From the IMG/VR virus record IMGVR_UViG_3300031555_004942, positions 32,001 to 96,000 of that record: a DNA stretch of 64,000 nt, one strand, 5' to 3'. The stretch's first letter is position 1. Each line of letters starts with the position of its first letter. The stretch is from a virus (lineage: Duplodnaviria; Caudoviricetes). Position numbers and translations under genes: made by a program. Positions 39,493 to 50,045 of the stretch are shown piece by piece. Below the pieces are notes generated by a model. The model had not been told where the DNA came from. It ran no database searches and was given only the letters and a program-made list of their open reading frames with translations.

Positions 39493-40678
39493 AGTTATTG
39501 ATACTACAGATATTATTGATAGCTCTATGAGTTTAAATGCAAGGATTCCAAAAAATATGTCAATGAATAATTATTATTTAGATGCAAAACAAAAAAAAAT
39601 AAACAGAGAATGGAAATACAGATATAATGTTGTAGATATAGAGGAAGAAAATATTTTTGGAAGTGAAAAATTTGATCCAGTCGAGGTTGTAATTCAAACT
39701 GTTTATGATATAAATCAAAAAACAGTATCTTCTGATGATTGGAAAAAATTAATTTTTAAAGATATACAACATCCAGTTACAACAGGTAAAAGATATAGAT
39801 TTTCAACAGATTATTTTGGTCCAAATGTAAAAGATATTGATAAAAGTATATGGTTAACAATTAATACAAATAAAACTGCACCAACTCAAGGTATTTTGGT
39901 TAGGAAATGTGATAGTTTTTTTACTATACCTTCCATTGATGGTTCTGATATTCATTATGAACCAGTTGCTCTAGATGCAGATTTTAAATATATTAATTTT
40001 TATTCAGATATGAGCATTACTGTTCCTCAAGCGGAGATATATGCTGTAATGCAATATAATCAATATACAAAAAATATAAAAATTAATCATAGATTTTTAA
40101 TAGGTCCAGCTAACACTGAAGATAAAGAGGATAATTTAATATTTAAAGTAAAAGCAGTAAGAAAATTTCAGGCTGAATCTACTTATGATTTAAATTCTAT
40201 CCCTTTGGTGTTTCTTGCTTTGGAACGAAGTTCAGTAGACCCAAATGATGATTTTGAAACAAGAATTATGTCACAAAATTCAACATATAAATTTGATAAA
40301 GATGTTAATCAAAAAGATGATACTACTGAAGATATTATAGATGATAATAATATAATTCATGATTATTATATTAAATTAATATCGGATGAGAATTTAATCA
40401 ATGATCGTATTTTATTAAATTCAAAATGTAATTTTTCTTGTTTTGTTTATGATGGTTCAAATAAAAATATAAATGTTCCTATTGATATAAAGTTGGAATT
40501 ATTATCAACAGATAAAGATTCTTATTATTATGATTATATCAGAGAAGATAATAATAATTTTTCAATTTTTAATAAAAAGGCTTATATAAAAAACAAACTT
40601 CAAATTATGTGTACAGCAGAAATAAATGATAAAATAATATCATATGAAACTTTTATTGAATTAGGAGGAAACACATAA
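39485..40678 (+). CDS. putative head-closure/neck protein
   Basis: Position in the neck gene block. Confidence 0.5.
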   Translation: MGKVIDTTDIIDSSMSLNARIPKNMSMNNYYLDAKQKKINREWKYRYNVVDIEEENIFGSEKFDPVEVVIQTVYDINQKTVSSDDWKKLIFKDIQHPVTTGKRYRFSTDYFGPNVKDIDKSIWLTINTNKTAPTQGILVRKCDSFFTIPSIDGSDIHYEPVALDADFKYINFYSDMSITVPQAEIYAVMQYNQYTKNIKINHRFLIGPANTEDKEDNLIFKVKAVRKFQAESTYDLNSIPLVFLALERSSVDPNDDFETRIMSQNSTYKFDKDVNQKDDTTEDIIDDNNIIHDYYIKLISDENLINDRILLNSKCNFSCFVYDGSNKNINVPIDIKLELLSTDKDSYYYDYIREDNNNFSIFNKKAYIKNKLQIMCTAEINDKIISYETFIELGGNT

Positions 40679-41331
40679 TGAGAATAAGTTCTGATGAAGT
40701 TAGTTTAGTAGCTAAACAAAAATTTAATAGATTTACTAATTTAGATTCTATTGAAGAAAGAATTATAAACTATTTAATAAAATCAGATTCAATATATGCA
40801 AATAGAATATGGAAACTATTAAAATATGCAGACTCAAAAGCTTTATTGAATGATAATCTTACAAAAAAACAAAAAGCAGAATTAGTGGATAATGATTCTG
40901 AAACACAAACAAAGAAACGAGTATTTAGATATCCATTTATAGAAGATGCTTTTACTGAACAATGTAGTATTTTAAGAGTATATATAGATAGTATTATTCC
41001 TATAGATCATTTAAAAAGCATTGTAAATGTAGGTATGGATTTAATAACTCATAATAAGATTAATAATGTATATAATGATTCAGGAGATGAAATAGAAGCT
41101 CCTGAAAATTATAATCCTACAGAAAATGAAATTGTTATAAAATCAAGAAAAAGTGTTTTTTTAAAAAATATTTTAGCTGAGTTTAATGGAGTAGATATAG
41201 AGGGAGTTGGTCAACTTCAATTTAATAGAGATTTATCTTCTTTTTCTCAAGCAAAACTAGGTTTATTTAACAATAGAGATTATACAGGATATAAAGTTAT
41301 TTTTAGTTGTTTACAATCAGGAGTTGAATAA
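40678..41331 (+). CDS. putative tail-terminator/neck protein
   Basis: Position; GVGQLQF motif. Confidence 0.5.
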   Translation: MRISSDEVSLVAKQKFNRFTNLDSIEERIINYLIKSDSIYANRIWKLLKYADSKALLNDNLTKKQKAELVDNDSETQTKKRVFRYPFIEDAFTEQCSILRVYIDSIIPIDHLKSIVNVGMDLITHNKINNVYNDSGDEIEAPENYNPTENEIVIKSRKSVFLKNILAEFNGVDIEGVGQLQFNRDLSSFSQAKLGLFNNRDYTGYKVIFSCLQSGVE

Positions 41332-41333
41332 AA

Positions 41334-42284
41334 ATGGCTAAAAAAATTAAACGAGAAGAATTATTAAATTTAATAAAGTATTATGAACAGGCTTTTTTTA
41401 CAAATGATTTGCCTATTCCTTTTAAATATAATTTAACGATATATCCCATTCTTGTAGAAAATTATTATAAATTTTATGCGAGTATAGGATGTTTTAAAAT
41501 AAATAAAAATGAAGATATAAAAGGTGTAGGTATGTCGAATTTAGATTATGTTCTTTATTTATCTGAACAAGAAGATGGTAAAAGATTTTTCTTTCAGTTA
41601 ATCTCATTATTAGAATTAATATTTCATATAAAAAATGGAATTATTTGTCCTGAGTGTGGAAAGGTAATTTCATATGAGGAAATAAATGAAAAAATTGATA
41701 AAATAAAATTGATAGAAAATGAAAATGAACGTAATAATACAATGCAATTATATATTGAACAAATAGAATATTGCGATTGTAATAAAGATAATAAAATAAA
41801 AAGAGAGCCTGTTATACAGTATAGTCGTGAGAAAGGTAATAAATATATTTCTATTAATGGAATAAAAATAAATCCAGAAGAATATGATTTATTGCGTAAT
41901 ATTGTTTTATATTATAATATTCCAGATTATGATGATGAATATATTGATCCTGAATTAAAAGCAGAATTAGAAGAAGTTGCAAGATTAAAAAATCCTAATA
42001 ATGTGCAACCTTCTTTAGAAAAACAAATGTCTTGTATTGTATCGGCAGGTGTGTCATATACTTATGAGACAATAAAACAATTATCTATTCGTAAAATGGT
42101 ATTGTTGCTTCGAACAATTGATGCAAGATTGCATTATTTTGCTTATAGACAAGCAGAGGCTAGTGGTTTTGTATCTTTTAAAAATGAATTAACACATTGG
42201 ATATATGGAGTAGATAAGAAAGATAAATTCTCGGATGTTATGACAATGGATGCATTAAGAGATAAATTAAAAGATGTAATTTAA
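41334..42284 (+). CDS. putative tail assembly protein
   Basis: Position before tail tube gene; C-terminal THW motif. Confidence 0.5.
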   Translation: MAKKIKREELLNLIKYYEQAFFTNDLPIPFKYNLTIYPILVENYYKFYASIGCFKINKNEDIKGVGMSNLDYVLYLSEQEDGKRFFFQLISLLELIFHIKNGIICPECGKVISYEEINEKIDKIKLIENENERNNTMQLYIEQIEYCDCNKDNKIKREPVIQYSREKGNKYISINGIKINPEEYDLLRNIVLYYNIPDYDDEYIDPELKAELEEVARLKNPNNVQPSLEKQMSCIVSAGVSYTYETIKQLSIRKMVLLLRTIDARLHYFAYRQAEASGFVSFKNELTHWIYGVDKKDKFSDVMTMDALRDKLKDVI

Positions 42285-42351
42285 TAAAAAAAATAGATAG
42301 AAATATCTATTTAATATAAAAAATAATATAAAATTTAAGGAGGAAAAAATT

Positions 42352-43413
42352 ATGGTATTTTTAGCTGGTGTTGCAAATGCGGAAATTTTTAAAAATAATG
42401 ATCTTTTTGCTACTGCAAAAACATTAATTGATAGTTCAATCACAATCGGAGTATCTGCAGAAGATATTCGTGCAGGTCAAGGTGCAAAATTGTATGGTAA
42501 GTATTTCCACACAAGTACTTTTGATCTTAAAATGACAGATGCTATGTTTAAACTTGAGTACATAGCTGCAAACGTTGGTGCTGATTTAACTCTTGGTGGT
42601 GACGTATTCACAGAAGAGGAGCATATAATTGAAGCAGGTGGAGCATTTGAACTTGCACATGCTGTTGTTCCTATGCAAGAAGGTGCATCTAGATTTATTT
42701 ATTATAAGAAATCAGATGACAGTTTCTACAGAACTCTTAAGCTTAATGACGAAAATTATAAAGATGGTAAAGTAACAATTACAGGTATTGAAGCAGGTAC
42801 ATGGTGCGTTAAGTATTTATATACTAATGATTCTGCACGTAAGTTAGTTGTAAGTGCAAACTTTACACCTGATACACTTTCTGTATATCTTACAGCAAAT
42901 CTTTATGCAGGTGATGATGCAAATCCTTCAACTGGTACAAAAATTGGTACAGTAACAATTAAAGTACCTCGTTTCTTACTTTCTGGTTCACAAGAACTTA
43001 GCATGTCTATGACAGGTGCTTCAAATACAGCATTTGAAGGTTCTGCATTGGCTTCAAAAGGTAAGGGATGTGATAGTGATGGTGTTTATGCTGAAATTAT
43101 CGAAGTTGTAACAGGTAGAACATATGCTGATTTAGTTGCTCTTGCTATTGATGGTGAGGCTGATGGTCTTTCTTTAGCAATTGGCGAATCAGAGGAACTT
43201 GTTGTATATGGCAGATATGAAGACACAGCTCCTGCAATTGTTGATAATTCAAAAGTAAAATTTGAAGCAACTGGAGAGGCTGTAACTGTTGATACAAATG
43301 GTGTTATTACAGCAGCTTCAGCAGGAACAGCTACTGTAACTGTTTCTATTAAAGATAGAGATGGTAAAGATGTTTCTTCAACAATTGAAGTAACAGTACC
43401 TGCTGCTGAATAA
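42352..43413 (+). CDS. major tail protein with C-terminal Ig-like (Big_2) domain
   Basis: VTVDTNGVITAASAGTATVTVS Ig motif; position. Confidence 0.75.
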   Translation: MVFLAGVANAEIFKNNDLFATAKTLIDSSITIGVSAEDIRAGQGAKLYGKYFHTSTFDLKMTDAMFKLEYIAANVGADLTLGGDVFTEEEHIIEAGGAFELAHAVVPMQEGASRFIYYKKSDDSFYRTLKLNDENYKDGKVTITGIEAGTWCVKYLYTNDSARKLVVSANFTPDTLSVYLTANLYAGDDANPSTGTKIGTVTIKVPRFLLSGSQELSMSMTGASNTAFEGSALASKGKGCDSDGVYAEIIEVVTGRTYADLVALAIDGEADGLSLAIGESEELVVYGRYEDTAPAIVDNSKVKFEATGEAVTVDTNGVITAASAGTATVTVSIKDRDGKDVSSTIEVTVPAAE

Positions 43414-43784
43414 TGAGTGGAAATCTTTGTCCTTATAGTAATAGGGTAGGGCGAGAATTAAAATGCACACTTGGCGAAAGTCAAGTGTGCAAATATGTTA
43501 GATATTGTACTATTGATTCAAAATGGTGGAATTCTAATAATTTTACTTCTTGTGAAAGGAGGAAACAAGAAATGTCTAAGAATAAAAACAGAAATTATGA
43601 AAATTTTGAAAGAAAAAATGAAAATATTGTAATTGCTAAAGAACAAGAAATTGTAGCAACTGAAGATATTAAAGAGGATGTTTCAATTGAGGTTGAAGCT
43701 ATAAAAGAGCCTAAGAAAGAAAAAGCTGTGAAAGTATCAATTCCTCAAGTGCCAAAAAGATCAAGAAGAAGGACTTTATATTAA
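43413..43784 (+). CDS. hypothetical Cys-rich protein
   Basis: 123-aa ORF overlapping the tail gene stop. Confidence 0.55.
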   Translation: MSGNLCPYSNRVGRELKCTLGESQVCKYVRYCTIDSKWWNSNNFTSCERRKQEMSKNKNRNYENFERKNENIVIAKEQEIVATEDIKEDVSIEVEAIKEPKKEKAVKVSIPQVPKRSRRRTLY

Positions 43785-43879
43785 TAAAAAATTTATCAAA
43801 AGGAAGATAAGCTACAAGAGTAGTTTATCTTTTTTTTGCATAAAAATGTAATAAAATTATTTTTTTATCGTATATTTTA

Positions 43880-43927
43880 CCACAATATATAGTATTACAT
43901 ATATGATGCCTATACAATATATTGTGT
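43880..43927. promoter_or_regulatory. tandem NrdR-like boxes, site 3
   Basis: CCACAATATATAGTAT (43880) and ATACAATATATTGTGT (43912), 32 bp apart. Confidence 0.75.
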
Positions 43928-43965
43928 TTAAAAATTATTATAAAATATGATTGGCAGGTATTGTT

Positions 43966-45390
43966 ATGAGCAAAAAAAAAGAAAAAATAAAAATTAATTT
44001 TATAGGAGCTAACGCTGATCAGGTTACAGGTTCTTGTACTCATATTGTAATGAATAATAAACAAATTTTATTAGAATGTGGGTTAATGCAAGGAGGTAAA
44101 ACTATATTAGAAGATTATAGAAATAATGTAAAAAAATTTAGTTTTAATGCCTCTCAGATTGATTATGTTTTTGTAGGGCATGCACATGCAGATCATTGTG
44201 CTATGATTCCTAGATTGATAAAAGAGGGATTTGAAGGTAAGATAATTGTTCCTAAAGGAAGTAGTTCAATAATTTATGAAATATGTAAAGATTGTGCTTT
44301 TATTATGTTTAAGGATTGTGAATCATTAAGAAAAAAATATAAAGATAAACAATTTTTACCTGCGTATACTGAAGAACATGTAAATTTAATGATGGACCAT
44401 ATATATGAATATGAAATGGAAACTAATTATTGTTTAGACGATAATGTTTCTTTTACTTTTTACAATAGTCAACATATTGTATGTTCTGCTCAAATTATGC
44501 TTTGGTTAACGCAAAACAATCATACAAAAAAAATTATATATACAAGTGATTTAGGTAATATTTCTGTAGAAAATAATTATGTTCAAGAAATTACAAAACT
44601 TCAAAAAGCAAATCTTTTGATTGGAGAAGCAACGTATTGTGAACATTCTAAACCACTTACACATAAACATAGAAAAAAAGATTTAGAAAAAATAAAATGT
44701 GTAATAGACCAATGTGTAGAAAATAATTCGTCTTGTTTAATCCCAACTTTTTCTTTGCATAGAACACAAGAAATGATAACAGAAATATATAAAATATATA
44801 AAAACAATAATGTAAATATTGATTTTATTATTGCTTCTCCTTTAGCAAATAAAATTTGTGATATTTTTTTACAGATTTTAAAAGGAGAACAATTAAAACT
44901 TTTTACAGAGGTTATGAACTGGAGTAAATTAAAAAGAGTAAGAGATTATGATAAAGTAAATGAGTTATTAAATGATAAAAAGCCACATGTATGGTTGGCT
45001 TCTTCAGGATTTATGACTGCAGGATATTCTCGCAGTATTTGTTCTTATTTATTAGGTAATTCAAAAAATACAATTATTTTATCAGGATATGCTCCAGAGG
45101 GTTCTTTAGCTTATAAGATAAAAAATGGAACAACAAAAACGATTACTATAGATGATAAGGTTTGCAAAAATTTAGCAACTGCTGTAATTCTTAAAAGTTT
45201 TTCAAGTCATATGCAATATTATGATTTATTAAAATATTATTCAGATAGTTTTGTTGAAAAAATTTGTATTGTTCATGCAGATAAAAAACATAAGATAGAT
45301 TTTTGTAAAACTTTACAAAGTGAAATAAATAATAAAAATAAAACGCAAAGAGTAGTATGTGTCACTAATGGTACATCTATTAATTTATAA
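43966..45390 (+). CDS. metallo-beta-lactamase / beta-CASP family nuclease
   Basis: VTGSC, LECG, HAHADH, TSD, EATY, FSSH and VH motifs. Confidence 0.9.
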   Translation: MSKKKEKIKINFIGANADQVTGSCTHIVMNNKQILLECGLMQGGKTILEDYRNNVKKFSFNASQIDYVFVGHAHADHCAMIPRLIKEGFEGKIIVPKGSSSIIYEICKDCAFIMFKDCESLRKKYKDKQFLPAYTEEHVNLMMDHIYEYEMETNYCLDDNVSFTFYNSQHIVCSAQIMLWLTQNNHTKKIIYTSDLGNISVENNYVQEITKLQKANLLIGEATYCEHSKPLTHKHRKKDLEKIKCVIDQCVENNSSCLIPTFSLHRTQEMITEIYKIYKNNNVNIDFIIASPLANKICDIFLQILKGEQLKLFTEVMNWSKLKRVRDYDKVNELLNDKKPHVWLASSGFMTAGYSRSICSYLLGNSKNTIILSGYAPEGSLAYKIKNGTTKTITIDDKVCKNLATAVILKSFSSHMQYYDLLKYYSDSFVEKICIVHADKKHKIDFCKTLQSEINNKNKTQRVVCVTNGTSINL

Positions 45391-45407
45391 TAAAGGAGAA
45401 AAACGAT

Positions 45408-46061
45408 ATGAAATATAATAAAGGTTTTGAAGACGTTATTACTTTTTTAACTCCTCAGGTGGAAGAGTTTGCAAATTTTAAAATCCCTTCTGTTGAATCA
45501 TTAGAAGAATGGAATGATTTTAAAAATAGAAAAATTTATCTTGATTTTGAAATAGGTGATTATTTAATTACAATTTCAAAACGTATTATTTCATGGAATA
45601 GCGAAGATAAAGATATTCCAAAAAATGAAAGAAAACCAATAACAATATATATTAATTCCCCTGGTGGAAGTTTACAATCATGTATGACATTTATAGATGT
45701 ATTAAAAATGTCAACAACTCCTATTAATTTAATTTGTATTAATGGAGCGTATTCCGCAGCAGGGATGATTTTTATGTGCAAAGGAGAAAACATTGTTAGA
45801 TCTATTGTCCCACATGGAAAAGTTTTGATTCATCAAGGTAGTTTAGGTATGGGTCAGGTTCAAACACATCAATTTTTAGATTTAGCTTCAGATGTACAAA
45901 AAGATGAAAAAAAAGTAAAAGATTATATTTTAGAAAATACAAAAATTACATCTCGTATGTATGATAAAAAGAAGAAAGATGAATGGACTTTAAATGCTGA
46001 AGAATGTATTCTATATGGAGTATGTGATAAAATAATTGAAGATATTTCAGAATTATTTTAA
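45408..46061 (+). CDS. clpP: ClpP-like serine protease
   Basis: YINSPGG, AYSAA, IHQ, YGVCDKI. Confidence 0.85.
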   Translation: MKYNKGFEDVITFLTPQVEEFANFKIPSVESLEEWNDFKNRKIYLDFEIGDYLITISKRIISWNSEDKDIPKNERKPITIYINSPGGSLQSCMTFIDVLKMSTTPINLICINGAYSAAGMIFMCKGENIVRSIVPHGKVLIHQGSLGMGQVQTHQFLDLASDVQKDEKKVKDYILENTKITSRMYDKKKKDEWTLNAEECILYGVCDKIIEDISELF

Positions 46062-46072
46062 AGGGAGATATA

Positions 46073-46339
46073 GTGATGAAAAATACTAATAGAGATTATA
46101 ATCAATCTAAAAAAATAAATAATTTTAAAAAAAATAATTTTAATAATTATTATAAAGATGAAGATGAAGAAAGTCAAGTTTTTTATAAAAAAAAACAAAC
46201 TAAAAAGAAATCAGACATTGAATCTAATGAGTTTGTTTTACAGTGTTTAGAAAAAGAAAAAAACAATGAACGTAGAAAGTTCAAAGAAAAAGAAAAAAAT
46301 AGAAGAAGTAAAAAAGATCGTATTTATGAAGATGATTAA
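46073..46339 (+). CDS. charged low-complexity hypothetical protein
   Basis: 88-aa ORF with RBS. Confidence 0.5.
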   Translation: MMKNTNRDYNQSKKINNFKKNNFNNYYKDEDEESQVFYKKKQTKKKSDIESNEFVLQCLEKEKNNERRKFKEKEKNRRSKKDRIYEDD

Positions 46340-46356
46340 TTAAAGGAGGGTTTTAT

Positions 46357-46722
46357 ATGAGTACAATGAATTTAGTATTAGAATATATAACACAGTATGG
46401 AGCAATTGTAGGAATTATTATTCTTGTTGTTGTAGGATTCATATTAAAAATTCAGCAAATTGTTAATGGAAATCTTGTTGAGTGGCTTGTTGATAAAGTT
46501 GCTTATGCTGAAGCTTATTTAGGATCAGGTACAGGGCAGATGAAATTAAGATATGTGTATGATTTGTTTGTACAAAAAAGAACAATATTAGCTTCTTTAA
46601 TTTCATTTGATAAATTTTCAAAATTGGTTGATTTAGCTTTAGATAAATTTGAAACAATGCTTAAGAATAATAAAGCAATCAAAGAGTGGTTTGAAAAATT
46701 ACAAGAAGAAAAAAATAAATAA
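46357..46722 (+). CDS. putative holin (LL-H-like)
   Basis: N-terminal TM helix; AE..LGSGTG.MKL.YV. Confidence 0.7.
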   Translation: MSTMNLVLEYITQYGAIVGIIILVVVGFILKIQQIVNGNLVEWLVDKVAYAEAYLGSGTGQMKLRYVYDLFVQKRTILASLISFDKFSKLVDLALDKFETMLKNNKAIKEWFEKLQEEKNK

Positions 46723-46818
46723 TATATAGAGCAATTTTATATTGCTCTTAAAAGTATATTATTTATTATAAAATAATGTGTTTTTAAGAACAATATAAAA
46801 GATAAGGAGAATAAAATA

Positions 46819-47367
46819 ATGAATAAAACATCATTGGGAAAAAAATTTGAAAAAAATTTTGGAGATTCTGCGAAACAAGATGGTATTTTTACACATAGGT
46901 TAAAAGATACTGATTTATCATATAATGGTAATTCTGTTTCAAGTTTTACTCCGTCAAATAAATGTGATTATTATTTTTTAGGTAATGTAAAAGATGGTAG
47001 AGGAACTTTATTTGGTGTTGAATGTAAAAGTACTAAATATTCATCTATAGGAATTCAAACATCCCCAGAAGATCCAGAAAAAATGATAAAATATAAACAA
47101 ATTCAAAGTTTGATTGAATTAAGTATGTATGAAGGTATAAAATCAGGTTTTGTATTAAATTTTAGAGATGATGATACAAATATGGAAGATACATATTATA
47201 TTTCTATAGAAGATTTTTCTACGTTTTTAAATGAAACGCATAAAAAATCTATTAATAAAGCTGATTGTGAATTAAGAGGTCTATCTGTGGAATCAAAATT
47301 AAAAAGAACAAACTATAAATATAATGTAAAAAAAATGTTAGAAGATATAATTAGAAAGGAGAGTTAA
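46819..47367 (+). CDS. RecU-like Holliday junction resolvase
   Basis: GKKFE, CDY, ECKST and Q..L motifs. Confidence 0.8.
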   Translation: MNKTSLGKKFEKNFGDSAKQDGIFTHRLKDTDLSYNGNSVSSFTPSNKCDYYFLGNVKDGRGTLFGVECKSTKYSSIGIQTSPEDPEKMIKYKQIQSLIELSMYEGIKSGFVLNFRDDDTNMEDTYYISIEDFSTFLNETHKKSINKADCELRGLSVESKLKRTNYKYNVKKMLEDIIRKES

Positions 47368-47368
47368 T

Positions 47369-48409
47369 ATGGCAAGAGAAACTTTTAAAAAACAGTTTAC
47401 TACTCCTGATATTATAAAACAGATTAATCCTAAAAATGTAAAATTAATGAATTTATATTTAAAAGATAAGAGTAGAAAATGTAGTGATGCTACAATGAAA
47501 GTGTATGCATCTAATTTAAATATATTTTTTTGTTGGAATGTTATATATAATGATAATAAATATTATCCAGAAATTAAAAAAGTAGAATTAAGTGAATTTT
47601 TTGATTTTTTAGTTAATGAATTAAAAATACAAGGAAAAAGGTTTGCTCACTATCGTTCTGTTTTGAGTACCTTATCTGACATTGTAATAAAATATTATGA
47701 TGATGATTATCCTACTTTTAAAAATATTGTAAATACAATTATTGAACCCATTCCAAAAGATGCAGTAAGAAAAAAAACAATTTTAACAGATGAAGAAGTA
47801 GAACTTATTTTTGAAGTTTTGATTGCAAAGGATAGAATACAAGAAGCCTGTTGTTTTGCTCTTGCTGTATATTCTGGAATGAGAATTGCAGAGATTGAAC
47901 AAATGAAAGTCGATATGATTGATAGAGAAAATAGTTTATCGTTTGGAGGAGTTTCTTTACAAACTACTGAAAAAATAAGAACAAAAGGATTTGGAAAACA
48001 AGGAAAGGTTATTTATAAACATATCATTAAAGATTTATTTTTACCTTATTTTGATAATTGGTTAGTAGAAAGAAATAGGATTATTGAAGAGTTAGGAATT
48101 GAAGACCATGGATATCTTTTTATAAAAAGAAATGGTCAAAAAGCTACACAACATGTTATTCGTAATTGGGCAGATAAATGGAGTAAAATTGTAGGTAAAG
48201 ATGTATATCTCCATTGTTTAAGACATAACTTAGTTACATATTTAACAAAATTAGGATTAGGTAGTGATTTTATTATTGCTTTTATGGGATGGTCCTCGGC
48301 TGATATGTACAAAATCTATAATGACCTTGAGGATTCTGAACTTGATTGGAAAGATAGTAAAAAATTACAAGAAATTATCAATAAAAAATTATTAGAAGAA
48401 GATGAATGA
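47369..48409 (+). CDS. tyrosine recombinase/integrase
   Basis: SGMR, K, HCLRH, GW and catalytic Y. Confidence 0.9.
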   Translation: MARETFKKQFTTPDIIKQINPKNVKLMNLYLKDKSRKCSDATMKVYASNLNIFFCWNVIYNDNKYYPEIKKVELSEFFDFLVNELKIQGKRFAHYRSVLSTLSDIVIKYYDDDYPTFKNIVNTIIEPIPKDAVRKKTILTDEEVELIFEVLIAKDRIQEACCFALAVYSGMRIAEIEQMKVDMIDRENSLSFGGVSLQTTEKIRTKGFGKQGKVIYKHIIKDLFLPYFDNWLVERNRIIEELGIEDHGYLFIKRNGQKATQHVIRNWADKWSKIVGKDVYLHCLRHNLVTYLTKLGLGSDFIIAFMGWSSADMYKIYNDLEDSELDWKDSKKLQEIINKKLLEEDE

Positions 48410-48434
48410 TTGTAAGCTTATAGGAGGTGAATAT

Positions 48435-48641
48435 ATGTCTGTAAAAATAAAATTTAAAACAGGAGAAGGTATTCCTAATAAATTAGAGGTGGGAGAACCT
48501 GCTTTTGATACAAAATATAATATTGTATATATTGGTGATCAAAATGGAAATCCTATTTCTTTAAATTCTGTTAATACAGATAAAATTACTCAAGGTGATT
48601 TAATTCTAATTTTAAATGGTGGTACTTCAGAAAATGAATAA
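48435..48641 (+). CDS. small Mtd-N-like fibre-associated protein
   Basis: LEVGEPAFD....YIGD motif. Confidence 0.55.
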   Translation: MSVKIKFKTGEGIPNKLEVGEPAFDTKYNIVYIGDQNGNPISLNSVNTDKITQGDLILILNGGTSENE

Positions 48642-48706
48642 ATATTTACACATAAGATAATATCGAAAAAGATTTTTAAATAGTATTTATTTAAGGAGTG
48701 AAATAT

Positions 48707-49582
48707 ATGAAAAATATAGAAAAATTAATTAACTATGCTTTAACATGGGTTGGATATTGTGAGAAAAAATCAGCACAACATCTTGATGATTTTTCAAAGA
48801 ATGCAGGAAGTGGTAATTATACTTGTTTTGCAAGAGATTATAAAAAACATTCTGGTATTGATGTTCAGGGGCAACCATGGTGTGATGTTTATGTAGATGA
48901 ATGTTTTATAAATGTGTTTGGTGTAGAAAAAGCAAAAGACCTTTTACATGGATTTTCTGCTTATACTCCAACTTCTGCAGATAATTTTAAAAAACATAAA
49001 GAATGGTACAATAAACCTCAAATTGGAGATGTGATTTTTTTTAAAAATTCAACTCGTATTTGTCATACAGGAATTGTTTATAATGTAACAAAAGATAGAG
49101 TGTATACAACAGAAGGGAACACATCAGGAGGAACAGAACTTGAGGCTAATGGAGGATGTGTTGCTAAGAAAAATTATCCATTATCTTATAGTAAGATTGC
49201 AGGATATGGTAGACCTAATTATGAGAAATATGAACAAAAAGAAGTAGTTGTAGAGGAATATATTGATAATGAACCTATAATTTGGGAGCTTCAGAATAGA
49301 AAAATTATTACTAATGTGAATTTATGGAGAAAGAAAATTCAAGAAGATCAGAACATATATTGGCTTTGCAGAAAAGCAATTCAATACATAAGAACTAAAC
49401 AAACTACAGAATATGCCGATGTTGTATATACAAACAAAGATGAGATTTTGTGGGAGTTAAAAAATAGAAAAATAATAACGGATGTTGATTTGTGGAGAAA
49501 ATATATGATTGAGGATCAAAATGTTTATTGGCTTTGTCATAATCTTGTACACTATATGAGGACTCAAAAGAAGGAAGTGTGA
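48707..49582 (+). CDS. endolysin (CHAP domain plus duplicated C-terminal module)
   Basis: PWCD, HTGIV, EGNTS, GYGRP; 56-aa-period repeat. Confidence 0.85.
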   Translation: MKNIEKLINYALTWVGYCEKKSAQHLDDFSKNAGSGNYTCFARDYKKHSGIDVQGQPWCDVYVDECFINVFGVEKAKDLLHGFSAYTPTSADNFKKHKEWYNKPQIGDVIFFKNSTRICHTGIVYNVTKDRVYTTEGNTSGGTELEANGGCVAKKNYPLSYSKIAGYGRPNYEKYEQKEVVVEEYIDNEPIIWELQNRKIITNVNLWRKKIQEDQNIYWLCRKAIQYIRTKQTTEYADVVYTNKDEILWELKNRKIITDVDLWRKYMIEDQNVYWLCHNLVHYMRTQKKEV

Positions 49583-49585
49583 GTT

Positions 49586-49972
49586 ATGTTTTATCTTGAT
49601 AAATCAGAGTATAATAAAAAGTTAAAAAAAATAAAAAAGCAAAATGAAAGTTTTTTGAGAAAACAAGAATTAGCAGAGATGCGATTAAAGACCAAAAAAG
49701 AAAAAAGCAAAAAAACAACTACTAAAATAGTGATGTTTTATTTATTTACTGTTTTAAATTTAGTTCTTATTTATTCTTTGATTGCAATGTGGCATTTTGA
49801 AGATTTGACTCATTTAGGGGTTTTAATTACTGATATTATTGGACAAATTATTGTTTTTTTAGTATATTGTTTAAAATCAGCTAAAGAGAATTCTCAGGGT
49901 GGAATTGTTTATGAACAGGCGATACATAATAATTTAAATTATGAAGATGATAGTTTATTAAAAGATAAATAA
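49586..49972 (+). CDS. two-TM membrane protein (holin-like)
   Basis: Two hydrophobic helices followed by Y..KS..EN. Confidence 0.6.
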   Translation: MFYLDKSEYNKKLKKIKKQNESFLRKQELAEMRLKTKKEKSKKTTTKIVMFYLFTVLNLVLIYSLIAMWHFEDLTHLGVLITDIIGQIIVFLVYCLKSAKENSQGGIVYEQAIHNNLNYEDDSLLKDK

Positions 49973-49997
49973 AATTTCAATTTTATTGTATATTTAA

Positions 49998-50045
49998 CCA
50001 CAATATATTGTGGTTTTGTTATTATATGTATACAATATATTGTAT
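49998..50045. promoter_or_regulatory. tandem NrdR-like boxes, site 4
   Basis: Perfect palindromes CCACAATATATTGTGG (49998) and ATACAATATATTGTAT (50030), 32 bp apart. Confidence 0.75.

Noticed and set aside
1297-46657. Overlapping opposite-strand or alternative-frame short ORFs (for example 1297-1539, 4701-4931, 12860-13060, 34959-35399, 36226-36558)
   Set aside because: They overlap better-supported genes or repeats, lack clear RBSs and have shadow-like composition
47369-48409. Integrase marking a prophage boundary or att site
   Set aside because: Flanked on both sides by co-oriented phage late genes; no host genes or att repeats seen
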